This document shows positions 29,214 through 39,992 of a stretch of DNA of 64,000 nucleotides, piece by piece. The stretch is from the IMG/VR virus record IMGVR_UViG_3300005253_000054, positions 1 through 64,000 of that record. One strand, given 5' to 3'. The DNA comes from a virus. Below the pieces are notes generated by a model. That model made no database searches and was not told where the DNA came from. It worked only from the letters and a program-made list of their open reading frames with translations. Position 1 is the first letter of the stretch. Every line of letters starts with the position of its first letter. Both the position numbers and the translations under genes were made by a program.

Positions 29214-32200
29214 ATGAGTAGTCCTAAATTCCCCCACATAACTGTTCAACTGTCTGGTGAAAATGGAAATGCTTTCTCTATTATGAGGCGTGTAACTAAG
29301 GCAATGAGACGGGCGGATGTGTCAAAAGAGGATATTGATAAATTTCAGGAAGAGTCTATGAGTGGTGATTACGATAATCTTATGCAAGTCTGCATGAAGA
29401 CTGTAGATGTAGAATAAGGAACCCAAACCATGCTAGACGCCAAAACAAAACGATTCGTCCGCGACCAGACCGAGGGAATGGATGATAAACAGGCTGCCAA
29501 ACAGATTCAGAAACTTATTCCCAATTACACAATGGATGAGGCAAGAGAAGTTGTTAGGGAATCCCGATACCAAATGAGGGTAGAGCATGAATATCATGCT
29601 GAAGGTATGAAACCCTGGAGGGTGTATACGTGGGACGGCCACAAGGAATTTCAAACCAAACACGAAACAGAGGCATGGATGGACGATCAAGAAAACCTCT
29701 AACCAGAAATAGGAGACTGAGGAAATGTCCGAGTGGAGACAAAACACAAAAGATGGTCGGATTGTGGTTGCTGGAAAACGTCCAGGGCATGGTGCCGTTA
29801 AAGCAAACTGCCTTACGGAAATAGACGCAGTTCAAATTATCCGCGAGCACAACAGCCATGAGGAATTGTTGAAAATATGCAAAGCCGTTTATCTGGACAA
29901 ATATAGTCGGATGCCTAATGATCGGATAACTCTGATGATAAAAAAGGCTTTCAAACTTGCAGACGAAGATATTGATTGCCCATACCCATAAAGGAGACCC
30001 CAGCCAATGGACATTCAATTCGGAAACCTGATTATCCACTGTGCAACCACTTTCCCGTGGTGCATCGCATTTTGGGCAGTGGTTACTCAGATTGTCATTA
30101 TGATCCTTTATCGAATGAGGAGTTGAGAGAATGAAACACGGAAAAGAACACGATTTGGTATACGCCAATCTGCTTATCAACTTGCGAACGCAGGGCATTC
30201 CAGAGGAGCTTTGGCCGACTCACATCCGGATTATGGCCGAAACTACCGCGATTGCAATAGCCGAGGTGCTTCTCGAATCCATTACTCAGCGACGGGAACG
30301 CAAGAAAGGAGCATCCGATGGGTAAGTGGGTACAAAACAAAGAGCGACCGTGGATCGTGGAGGATGAGGAAGGCGTGCGGATTGCCGAGTGCGATGGCGA
30401 AGGTGCATCCGAACGAATCGTCACCGAGCACAACTCCCACGCGGCGTTGCTGACGGCGTGTAAATCTTTGAGGCATCGGGCCAATGTCGGGTTTACGATT
30501 CGCGAGGGTGACGTGCATTGCAGACAGCTTGATGAAGCTATCGCCCTTACGGAGCCCTCGCTATGACAGCACCAAACAAAGAACAAGTGTACAAGTACTT
30601 TGGCAACTTCAATCCGACGTCACCGATACAAATGATCGGCAAAACTCAAAGTGAAACCAAGGAGCGTGTAGAGCAGTTCCTTGCCCGATTCGAGCAGGGC
30701 ATGCCCCGAGAATGCGAAGCCGGAACGGCAGATGAGATGCGTCGCATGGGCTACGTTGGCTTGTATGCTTGGGTTGAAGAGGAGCCATCGGAATGACTTG
30801 GAAAACAACCTGGATGGATAAAAACGGTGGGACCAGAACCTACTGGACCCGATGGAAAGACGACAACACTATCGAGGTGGTCGTCAAATCCGCCGGATCA
30901 AAAATCAATTACAAGCAAATGCACAATCGAACCCCATACCAACACGTTAAGAAACTGGTCAGGATGCCATCCACCACTGTTTTGCTAGATGGCGAACCGA
31001 TGACCAAAGAGGATTTTTTCAAGATGTTAAAACAAAACTATAAGAAATAGGAGACTGAGAGAATGGGTTGGTTTTGTAAACACAAGTGGGAAGTATTGGA
31101 CAAAACGGAGTCTCCATCCGCGTATGAGCAGTTAGTCGCAGCGGGCATACCACTTCCAGGTTCGCAATGGTGGGTTTATCAAAAAACGGTATTGGTAATC
31201 GTGGTATGTAAGGAATGTGGTAAGCTGAAGAGTTTCACAAAAGAGAATCTATAACCAGAATCATTTCCCGGAAGATGGGATTGTGTGGTCCCGAGCAATC
31301 CTGTCCCGCTTGTCGCGGCTCCTATCGTAATCGGGACTTGTTTTAGAAAGGATAATTACAATGAACGATTTACCGGATGCGTTGACCATATTGCAACAAC
31401 AGATTGATTTTCTCAATGGTCAATTAGCAAATGAGCACGCAAAAAATATAAAGCTTGCGGATGAGCTTGGGATGTTGAAATGGGAGCAATTGGCAGAGGC
31501 CAACAACCCCGAGACGCCAGACACGGAAGCCGAGCCGGCGGAAGATGAAGACCGCGAATCGTTCGTTGACGCGATTTGCAGCCTTGCAGCCGCGGTTGAT
31601 GGTAAAGCCGAGGAGCTGCCGCCGTTGTCGGAATGGATGAAAACGGTCATCGACAAAGTCCGACATAGTAACGGCGTTGTCACGGTTGACGTCAGGGATT
31701 TGGTTAAAGCTATCCGGGAACTCGAAGCCAATCAACGGCCAGAGCCCGTAGACCTCGGAACGTCCATTCAGACCGCCATAGCTGCCCTTCCGGTGACTTT
31801 CCGTGCTGACGCCACTGAGTTGGCAGAGGTGGCTACAGCAGCCGGAGAGCCCGTCCTGGGGCTGCGTCTGCTGGTGTCGATGCGGGATGAGTTGATCGAC
31901 CGGGAGGCGACGTGCGGGAAATGTAAGCGATACAAGCCGGAGGTCGTCCCCCATGCGTCATGGTGCCAGCAGAAGAAAACGCGAGTCTACGCTAACACTA
32001 CAGCATGTGCGAAAATCCAACGCAAACCGCCGGAATCCAGCGAGGAAACTGGGAGTCTTGCGGAAGAGATACGACTAACGGGGCTCAAAATCAGGCTGGA
32101 TGCGGTGAAGAAAAAGGCGGAATCGGAATCCGAACCGGTCGGCAAGGCGAGGTTTTTTCGGGACACGCTGGGTCAGAACGTAAAACATGATCCGGTCTGG

Positions 32201-33477
32201 TGTATGTTGTCGGAAGAAGAGGGGATGTATTTCAACGGCAGATGCAGCACAGAAAGATCTAACTTCACAGTTAATGAACTGACCGATCGTAATGACGTCA
32301 AACAAATCACCGAAGCCCAAGCCTTCGCCGAGCTTGCCGACTGGCCGGAGGGTGAGGCGAAGTTGCGGGAGTTGATTGGAGGGAACGATGAGTAGAATAA
32401 CAAACTTGTTCCGACTTATTGTGCAACTCGCCGTGGGATTAACGGCGCTCGTGTTCGTGCTCGCCTGCGCGTTCGGGCCGATCCTTTTGCTGTTTGCTGT
32501 CCACGACTGGACCTTGGGGCCCGAGGAGTCCGATATGGCAGTCGCGTTAGTCGTCGCGGGAAACGGTACGGGTATTGCCGGTTGCCTGATTGTCACGAGG
32601 GTTGGGAGATTTTTTACCCGAGATAAAGGAGAGCACGAATGATTCAGCGATTCCTCACTGGACCACTTAACGCAGTGGAAGTGGTCCTCTTCACCGACGC
32701 CGAAGCCGACAAGGCCGAAGCGGTTGCTGCTGCCGTCGAGAAGGCGACGGCGGAGCTGCGGGCGGAGTTGGAAACATACCGTCTACGCGAGCCAGAACTC
32801 CATTCGTTCACGGAACTAGAACATCGAGAACTGCGGGCGGAGTTGGTGGAGCGAACCAGGCAACTATTTCACGTTAAGAGTGGATGGGCTGGCCACGATG
32901 AACCAACCTGGTGGCGTGCCGATACGAGCAGATTTGCCGAAAAGCTTGGCGACCGCTTGGTTGAACTCGGTGCGTATGAGAAACGAACGGACCCGGTGTT
33001 GATGTATCGGCCGACTTGAATAAAGGGGGTACGAGAAATGAATCTTGATTATCATCAACAACAACACAAACTACTAATCCGTGCTTGTATTTGCAGGATT
33101 GAACAATTAAACGATTGGATTATGTCTGGAAAAGAAAATGGTGGAAAACCCATGATGTTACAATCATGGATCAATCAGAGGAACGTATTGAACGATTCTC
33201 TAGGATTCTTATTAGGAGACAAATGATGAAACGAGAACTGAAAGTGTGGAATGGTAAAGAGGCAGAATCGAAGGAAGAGCCACTTGTGTTTTGGTTGGAT
33301 CAAGAGGGTTCCACAGTACGATTGCGTGTTGCTGTAGAATCCGAGGGTGGAGAAGACAACCAATTTTTCATAGGAGAAATTCAGGAAGATGGCGTTCTCT
33401 ACTTATACCCAAGCATTCCAGAACAATTTAGTCTACAACTTGATGACAATGGCCGAATCGTTGTGAAAAATGCATAG
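29214..33477 (+). CDS. run of ~13 small or medium hypothetical genes (including 31361-32395 and membrane protein ~32388-32642)
   Basis: + strand track ORFs tile with SD sites and ATGA overlaps; no recognised families. Confidence 0.55.
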
Positions 33478-33484
33478 CCCCCTA

Positions 33485-33512
33485 TTGACACCAAATCCAG
33501 ATTGTGTATAAT
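33485..33512 (+). promoter_or_regulatory. sigma70-type promoter
   Basis: TTGACA-16 bp-TATAAT. Confidence 0.75.
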
Positions 33513-33654
33513 GGGGGTATCGGTTGACGTCGAGTAGTATCCGACGTCTTGTTTTCAATGGTCAGAAACGTGTATTGATAGGAATACTATGTACTTTCTA
33601 AACAACAATACAAAACTGAAGTGCATGTCCTTATCAAGACATGTTCTGACCTCC

Positions 33655-33697
33655 AAGCCCACCCCCTGGTACTACATCGGGGTGGGCTTTCTTTTTT
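33655..33697 (+). terminator. intrinsic terminator
   Basis: AAGCCCACCCC...GGGGTGGGCTT followed by TCTTTTTT. Confidence 0.7.
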
Positions 33698-33745
33698 CCC
33701 TACAAGGGGATTTCCGCCCAATCTTTCTGACAGGATACCCCTACT

Positions 33746-34123
33746 ATGGATGAAGCACACTATCAATCTCAACTGAAAAGATCCTTACAACAAAGGGATT
33801 TCCACCTGAAAAAGGCCTTAGAATACTCACATAAAGCCACACATCCCGAAGAAAGCTCAGATAATGCTTTCCAAAGTTTGATCGACTTGCTGAAGCAATG
33901 GTGCAAGCAAGGTCGTCCACCATCGCAAAGCAGACGAGCAGCAATCCCACGGGAGGTAAGGCAAACGGTCTTACAGTTAGATGAATTCGGGTGCCGCCGT
34001 TGTGGTAGTGGCTCTGATTTGACGGTCGATCACATCACCCCAATAGCAAAGGGTGGTTCTAACGATGTAAGCAATTTGCAAACACTCTGCCGATCTTGCA
34101 ATTCCAGCAAGGGGAAAACCTAA
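33746..34123 (+). CDS. HNH endonuclease
   Basis: CRRCG...VDHITPIAKGGSNDVSNLQTLCRSCNSSKG. Confidence 0.93.
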   Translation: MDEAHYQSQLKRSLQQRDFHLKKALEYSHKATHPEESSDNAFQSLIDLLKQWCKQGRPPSQSRRAAIPREVRQTVLQLDEFGCRRCGSGSDLTVDHITPIAKGGSNDVSNLQTLCRSCNSSKGKT

Positions 34124-34150
34124 AATCCTATTCTTAAAGGAGTTTGAACT

Positions 34151-34387
34151 GTGGCACACACAAAGATTTTTCTCAATTTGGAAGACTTACGAAAACTTTT
34201 AGGGGGTCAGGTTATCGAGCTTCATGGAGTATTGCCGAAGGTTCTTATCGAACTTGAGCCGAATGCTCAAGAGCATATTGAATGCATTGAAGGGGTCGGA
34301 AGAATAGAAGTCTATCCTAAAGAAATTGATGAATCTGATTGCAAATGTGGAGTGTGTTCAGATTGTGCTAATATGAATGCCAACTAA
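34151..34387 (+). CDS. hypothetical protein
   Basis: SD AAGGAG, GTG start. Confidence 0.55.
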   Translation: MAHTKIFLNLEDLRKLLGGQVIELHGVLPKVLIELEPNAQEHIECIEGVGRIEVYPKEIDESDCKCGVCSDCANMNAN

Positions 34388-34417
34388 CCCTATCCTTGAA
34401 GGAGACCCGATCCTCTT

Positions 34418-34840
34418 TTGATAGGAGTCCAAATAATGGACACTACTTATTTTGATGAGTTACAAAAACAAGCAGACGAACAAGATCGGTACTATGGGGA
34501 ATTGGAAGAGCTTGCGGAGAAAAGTATCCGTTGTTTACACAAGGCTTTGGATATAGCATCAAAAGCCCGTGGGAAGAATGAAGGATCTCTTATGTTGCTT
34601 ATGGAATTGGAGCAATGGAGAAGTATCAACACACCACCGAAACTAAAGAAACGAAGACCGTTAAAACGAAGTGAAAAGACGGCCATCTTTGAACGGGACA
34701 AACATCGTTGTGTTCAATGTGGTGATTGGAAAAAATTACAAATAGACCATATCGTCCCCATATCCAAAAATGGAACCAACCACGCGGATAACCTACAAAC
34801 GCCTTGCCAAACCTGTAATTCTAATAAGGGGGCAAAGTAA
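34418..34840 (+). CDS. HNH endonuclease
   Basis: RDKHRCVQCG...IDHIVPISKNGTN..NLQTPCQTCNSNKG; start probably ATG 34436. Confidence 0.92.
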   Translation: MIGVQIMDTTYFDELQKQADEQDRYYGELEELAEKSIRCLHKALDIASKARGKNEGSLMLLMELEQWRSINTPPKLKKRRPLKRSEKTAIFERDKHRCVQCGDWKKLQIDHIVPISKNGTNHADNLQTPCQTCNSNKGAK

Positions 34841-35982
34841 TGAATACCAATCAATTCCAAGGTTTCAGAAAACCGAAGGCTAATTACTTCTCTTTACCAA
34901 ACGAATGGACAGACATAATGCCAGAGATAAATTCCCTGGCAGAGTTGAAAGTTATACTCTATGTCTTGCGACATACCTGGGGATTTCATGATCCACGGAA
35001 AAAGATTACTATTGATGAGTTTATGAACGGACGAAGACGTATAGACAGAACTAGAATGGATAAAGGTACTGGTCTAAGCAAACGATCAGTACGACTTGGT
35101 TTGGAGAAAGCCATCGGGCATGGTTTTCTAATTGAGGAAATCAACGATTCCGACAAAGGACGAATCAAAAAGAGATACCATCTAAATTTGTTAATTGATG
35201 AATCGGATGATGGTTTCGACAGCGATTTTGACAGGGATACATTTGGGGAGTCAGAGGGATACAATGTATCCCCCAGATCCGTACAAGGTACCCATCGAGG
35301 GATACAAAGTACCCATCGAGGGATACAAAGTACCCATCGAGGGATACAAAGTACCCATCGTACAGAGAAAGACACTAATAGAAAGACACCTTCTGAAAGA
35401 AAGAAAAAGGGGGGACGGGCAAAGCCGTCCCAATCTTCCGATGATGAATCTGGTTTTTTCCACAATGGTAGTACACGGAAGAAAAGAAGGATTCCAGCCA
35501 AATCTAATCTAACTGAATTTGATATAGACTGGGGCAATCGAATCCGGGGATTGATGGTCGAGCACGATACAGATTTATCTAATGGTAAGTACAAAACATC
35601 CGGGGAAACTTTTGCAAAACAAATACGTAAATTACGGATAAGTAGGAAACGTACCGAATCTGAGATAACGGAGGTGCTTGGTTGGTACACGGAATGCTTT
35701 GCTAAAATCTCCTATCCCAAATTATCCAAGGCATCGGATTTGTGTGATCGGTTCCAAGCAATGTGCGATGCGAAAGAAACATCAGAACGGAGACAGGAGA
35801 CGGCCAAAAAGAATGGGGAGATTCCAAAAGACAAACACTCAAGACTTAGTTCCAAAGTAGCATCAATCTGTATGAGCCGATGGGAAACAATGAACCCAAC
35901 TCAAGATAACGTCGATACGGTTTTGGAAGAGTTGGGTCATCCGGCTGGAATGTTTGATGCCCGAAAAATTGACAATAGTTAG
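34840..35982 (+). CDS. phage replication initiator (lambda O-like N-terminal winged helix)
   Basis: LPNEW..LAELKVILYVLRHTWGF..TGLSKRSV; internal tandem repeats; upstream of DnaB. Confidence 0.75.
   Translation: MNTNQFQGFRKPKANYFSLPNEWTDIMPEINSLAELKVILYVLRHTWGFHDPRKKITIDEFMNGRRRIDRTRMDKGTGLSKRSVRLGLEKAIGHGFLIEEINDSDKGRIKKRYHLNLLIDESDDGFDSDFDRDTFGESEGYNVSPRSVQGTHRGIQSTHRGIQSTHRGIQSTHRTEKDTNRKTPSERKKKGGRAKPSQSSDDESGFFHNGSTRKKRRIPAKSNLTEFDIDWGNRIRGLMVEHDTDLSNGKYKTSGETFAKQIRKLRISRKRTESEITEVLGWYTECFAKISYPKLSKASDLCDRFQAMCDAKETSERRQETAKKNGEIPKDKHSRLSSKVASICMSRWETMNPTQDNVDTVLEELGHPAGMFDARKIDNS
35254..35359 (+). repeat. 21 bp iterons, probable replication origin
   Basis: GAGGGATACAAAGTACCCATC exact at 35297, 35318, 35339, plus two degenerate copies from 35254. 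Confidence 0.85.
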
Positions 35983-36235
35983 GGAGAATTGAGAAGATGT
36001 TTACAAAAAGAGGCTTTTTTGAATTACTTGATAAAATACCAGAACATTTTGGTTTGCAATTGACCAAGCCAGATTGGCATACGATAAAATATTGGACAAT
36101 AACGCTTCGTTTGCGGGGTTGTGAACAAAGACATCTTGCATACCCACGTATTGAGAAAACGAAATCTGTTGTTTTTGAAAAGTTTGAAAGGTGGTATAAA
36201 GAGTGGTGCAATTTGAACTTGGAAGACTTTGAACT

Positions 36236-37612
36236 TTGAAAATCAAACGATACGACAATACGGACAGCAGACGTGTTCTTACTGGAATGATCCTCGATCC
36301 GGTTGTGGTTGCGAGAATCTCTAGCAAGTGGCCACAACAGGGATTGTTTGGCAATCGGTTCGAGAACCTAATCGGTATGTGGGCCGTTAAACATTTCCGC
36401 AAATATGGTACACCAATTGATAAAGAGATAGTTTCGGTATTCGATAGTTGGGCTAATGATAAAGGTAGTAACCAACAAGACGTTATTGATATGATTGAAC
36501 GTCTGTTACAATACATGAGCGATAAGTATGAGCAGGACGGTGAACGGGAATCATCGGACTATGTAATTGATCTTGCTGGTAAGCTTTTCAACAAGGTGCA
36601 ATTGAAACAACTATCGGAAGCAATAGAAGTCGATCTTGAACGTGGGGACTTGGAAGAGGCGGAAACGAGAGTAGCAAACAGAAATAAGGTAGAATTGGGG
36701 ATAGGTTCAGTAATCAAACTGGGGGAAGATTTTGAAGCGTGGCGTCGGGCTTTCGACAATTCTCAAACGAAACCCCTGATTACATACCCTGGACCTTTGG
36801 GAATCTTTTTCGGTAATGCTCTGAGTCGTGATTCGTTCATTGCATTTACCGGTTCAAGTAAACGGGGAAAATCATTCTGGTTGCTTGATTTGGCATATCG
36901 TGGTATAAGACAGAGAAGGCGAGTAGCATATTTTGAGGCTGGGGATTTGAGCGAATCCCAGGCATTGCTCAGATTCGGCGAGAGGGCGACGAGAAGGCCC
37001 CGTAGAGACGTCACTGTAGAATACCCGATAGAATACACGGATCGGGTCAAAGGCCCTAAGATGGAAAGCAGGGAGCTTTCAGCCATATCTGCGGGGGATA
37101 GCCTCAAAGCATGGGATAAGGTACAAAGGGGAAGGGACAAATTCAGATTATCTTGCCATCCAAATAGCAGTTTGTCGGTGGATGTGGTATCATCGCTAAT
37201 TCAGGATTGGAGTAGGGAGGAGTGGGTGCCAGATGTAATTGTGATTGACTACGCTGATATTTTGGCACCACCCCAAGGGGTAAAAGAAATTAGAGAAGCG
37301 ACTAATGAGAACTGGAAACACTTGCGTAGAATCTCTCAAGAGTTTCATTGTTTAGTGGTGACGGCTACACAGGGAGATACGAAAAGTTATGATGCTCCGA
37401 TCCTCAGACGTGGTAATTTCTCTGATGATCGACGAAAGAACGATCATGTAACTGGGATGGTCGGAATCAATGCATCGGAAGAGGATGAGAGAGTCGGAGT
37501 GAAGCGGCTGAATTGGTTAGTACGTCGAGAGCAGCATTACATAGAGAGTAAGCAGATTTGGGTAGCTGGTTGTTTGGATATTGCCAGCCCGGCTATTAGA
37601 TCGACGTTCTGA
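36236..37612 (+). CDS. DnaB-like replicative helicase
   Basis: GSSKRGKS Walker A, VIVIDYAD, VVTATQ. Confidence 0.85.
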   Translation: MKIKRYDNTDSRRVLTGMILDPVVVARISSKWPQQGLFGNRFENLIGMWAVKHFRKYGTPIDKEIVSVFDSWANDKGSNQQDVIDMIERLLQYMSDKYEQDGERESSDYVIDLAGKLFNKVQLKQLSEAIEVDLERGDLEEAETRVANRNKVELGIGSVIKLGEDFEAWRRAFDNSQTKPLITYPGPLGIFFGNALSRDSFIAFTGSSKRGKSFWLLDLAYRGIRQRRRVAYFEAGDLSESQALLRFGERATRRPRRDVTVEYPIEYTDRVKGPKMESRELSAISAGDSLKAWDKVQRGRDKFRLSCHPNSSLSVDVVSSLIQDWSREEWVPDVIVIDYADILAPPQGVKEIREATNENWKHLRRISQEFHCLVVTATQGDTKSYDAPILRRGNFSDDRRKNDHVTGMVGINASEEDERVGVKRLNWLVRREQHYIESKQIWVAGCLDIASPAIRSTF

Positions 37613-37629
37613 GAAATTAGTTTTGGCGA

Positions 37630-37652
37630 TTTTGGATTGGTTGGCGTATAAT
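37630..37652 (+). promoter_or_regulatory. repeated promoter-like motif, copy 1
   Basis: TTTTGGATTGGTTGGCGTATAAT; 22/23 identical to 50298-50320. Confidence 0.65.
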
Positions 37653-37897
37653 GAAGTAGCGGGAAATATTGCGGAAATGTCTTTTAAGAAATGGGAAAAC
37701 AAATGATGACAAAGGAATACGTTTTGAGCTTGATGGGATCTAGTAAGAATGAACATGAGTGGAATGCAAATTGTGATGTTGTTAAAAGAGAATATGGAGG
37801 TTATCCAGACTGGTGGTATGCTGAGATTATTTTGTCTGGATTGTTGAGACGAACTTTGGGACAAGGATCGGATGAAATAAAGATATTGACAAAATAA

Positions 37898-38011
37898 GAC
37901 TCCATTTTTGGTTTGGTAGGAAAGCTAAAGCGAAGAATCCCTTGAACCGATACGAAACGGTTGTGATTGGGTGAAGCTGGTCTACAGTAGGTTCGAGTCC
38001 TGCCGGAGCCA
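37898..38011 (+). ncRNA. second tRNA-like element with degenerate acceptor stem
   Basis: GTAGG-TTCGAGT-CCTGC T arm followed by CGGAGCC-A; long arm TAGGAAAGCT/AGCTGGTCTA. Confidence 0.4.
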
Positions 38012-38055
38012 CTTGAGTTTTGTTTGCATGTTTTTTCAATAAGGAGTAATTTGCA

Positions 38056-38322
38056 ATGAAACGTAAAGTAGAGGTAGTGGAAACCGAAGAAGGCGGATTT
38101 GTTTCGATGCTGGGAGAAAAAATATGTTTGTTCTGTGGCGTCTATATTTATGCTGGCAAGCTTGTTGGCGTAAATGAGGATCATTTGGAATTAGAAGACG
38201 CCGTTTTGGTTTATGAGACTGGTGAATTATCGTCGGGATCATGGAAAGATGCTCAACCACTTTTGGGGATTCATCGTGTAATGTTACAAGCAATTGAATC
38301 ATGGGGGCCAGCAAAATGTTGA
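38056..38322 (+). CDS. Sm/LSm-like fold protein
   Basis: LGEKI...YAGKLVGVNEDHLELEDA resembles the Sm1 motif. Confidence 0.5.
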   Translation: MKRKVEVVETEEGGFVSMLGEKICLFCGVYIYAGKLVGVNEDHLELEDAVLVYETGELSSGSWKDAQPLLGIHRVMLQAIESWGPAKC

Positions 38323-38342
38323 TGCCGGTAAATAAGAGACAA

Positions 38343-38504
38343 AGGTCTAGGTCTAGGTCTAGGTCTGGGTCTGGGTCTGGGTCTGGGTCTAGGTCTAGGT
38401 CTGGGTCTGGGTCTGGGTCTGGGTCTGGGTCTGGGTCTAGGTCTGGGTCTGGGTCTGGGTCTAGGTCTAGGTCTTGGTCTTGGTCTTGGTCTAGGTCTGG
38501 GTCT
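38343..38504 (+). repeat. hexamer array (A/G/T)GGTCT x27, encoding RS/GS/WS dipeptides in ORF ~38316-38507
   Basis: 162 bp, direct count. Confidence 0.95.
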
Positions 38505-38554
38505 TGAGTTGTTTACGTATTTTTTAATTCTAATTAACTAAGGGAGACGAAAAG

Positions 38555-39991
38555 ATGAGTACATTGCAGATTGAGCGTGGATTAGCTGTGGAATTGCTAG
38601 TGGCAATTGGATTCAAGACGGCGGGACAAATGAAGGATGGGAAGCTGAATAAGAAGATTTGCCAGTTGGATAAGATTGGCAAGCCTGATGACGCTGTGTT
38701 GGATGAGGATCAGGAATCCCTGCTGGCCGAAATTTTGCAAACGATTGAGGATGGGGATAAGATTACTTTGGTTGATGAACTCCCTCCGGACACCGCTGAT
38801 GATGATGCTGATACTGATACTGATGTTGACGGAGAAGGTGAGGATACTCCCGAAACTGTTAGTGACAATGATAGAGAAGAGGGGGAGGATACCCCTGATC
38901 CTAAACCAAAGAAGAAGGGGAGAGGACGGCCGAGGGGTTCTAAGAACAAGGATGGTGGGGAGAAGCCTGAGAAGAAAAATGTGCCGGAAGATGTTATTGG
39001 CGACGATGTTTTGTATAGTGAGGTATCTTCTGGTATCGAACTTGTTACGGCGAAGAGAGCCAAAAAGTTGCTAGGTTGGAAGGAAGAGGCGGACGATGAA
39101 GATTTCGGCAGTAGCTTTCTTTACCGAGGATTGAATAAGAAGAAAGTCCGTTGTGCAAATGTGCTTTCTAATCGACCATTTCGATTGGCTATTGCCAAAC
39201 GATATGCAAATGAGATTCTACGTGGAAAGTGGAAACTTAATGGCGAGTCTGTAATTATTGACAGGTTGGGGCAGGTTCAGGACGCACAACATCGGCTGGT
39301 TGGTCTTGTACTGGCCGAAGACATGCGACAAGACGACGAGGAGAAGTGGGGAGAAAAGTCTGTTGCAATAGAGACGATAATCGTTCTCGGTATTGAAGAG
39401 AGTAAGGGGGTTGTTGATACTCTCAACCTCGGTCTGAAACGATCCTTGAAGGATGTTCTATTTCGCAACCAGGAAATTGTGCCTGATGAAAATTCCAATG
39501 TGAAAAAGAAATTGTCGGGTGTTCTGGCTGGTGCTGTTCGGTTGGCTTGGTTGTATGGCTCTGGCCGAAAGGTATCTGATGCCCCACACTTTCCGCATAG
39601 CGAAGCCCTGGATTTTCTGGCGGATAATCCTGATATCGTTTTGACGGCAGAGCGGATTACCGATTTGAACGATAGCGGTGATGAGAAGAATCGTATTAGT
39701 AGTTACATCACACTTGCGTATGCTACTGGTCTGGCCTATCTAATGGAAGAGGCCAGAAGTGAAGAGGATTCTACAGAATTTTGGACGGCTTTTGCTGATG
39801 GTAGTAAGAAAATGCACCCTGTTCGATTGGCATTAAATAGTGTTGCGACCAGCACAGGTTATGGTCGTGATGCTGTGGTAAGTGTGATTTTCAAGGCATT
39901 CAATCTGATGACAGCAGGAGAAGAGATTACAGCAAAGGCAGTTAAGCCGAAGAAGGGTAAGTTGGTAACGATTGCTGGGGAGGAGAAGTAG
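38555..39991 (+). CDS. ParB/DGQHR-like domain protein with acidic linker and AT-hook-like motif
   Basis: NRP...WKLNGESVII...DAQHRL; KGRGRPRGSK. Confidence 0.6.
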   Translation: MSTLQIERGLAVELLVAIGFKTAGQMKDGKLNKKICQLDKIGKPDDAVLDEDQESLLAEILQTIEDGDKITLVDELPPDTADDDADTDTDVDGEGEDTPETVSDNDREEGEDTPDPKPKKKGRGRPRGSKNKDGGEKPEKKNVPEDVIGDDVLYSEVSSGIELVTAKRAKKLLGWKEEADDEDFGSSFLYRGLNKKKVRCANVLSNRPFRLAIAKRYANEILRGKWKLNGESVIIDRLGQVQDAQHRLVGLVLAEDMRQDDEEKWGEKSVAIETIIVLGIEESKGVVDTLNLGLKRSLKDVLFRNQEIVPDENSNVKKKLSGVLAGAVRLAWLYGSGRKVSDAPHFPHSEALDFLADNPDIVLTAERITDLNDSGDEKNRISSYITLAYATGLAYLMEEARSEEDSTEFWTAFADGSKKMHPVRLALNSVATSTGYGRDAVVSVIFKAFNLMTAGEEITAKAVKPKKGKLVTIAGEEK

Positions 39992-39992
39992 A

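Noticed and set aside
35254-35359. CRISPR array
   Set aside because: Repeats are head-to-tail with no spacers and lie in frame within a gene; no cas genes in the window
38301-38322. Frameshift fusion of the Sm-like ORF to the RS repeat
   Set aside because: No canonical slippery heptamer; the TGATG overlap explains re-initiation
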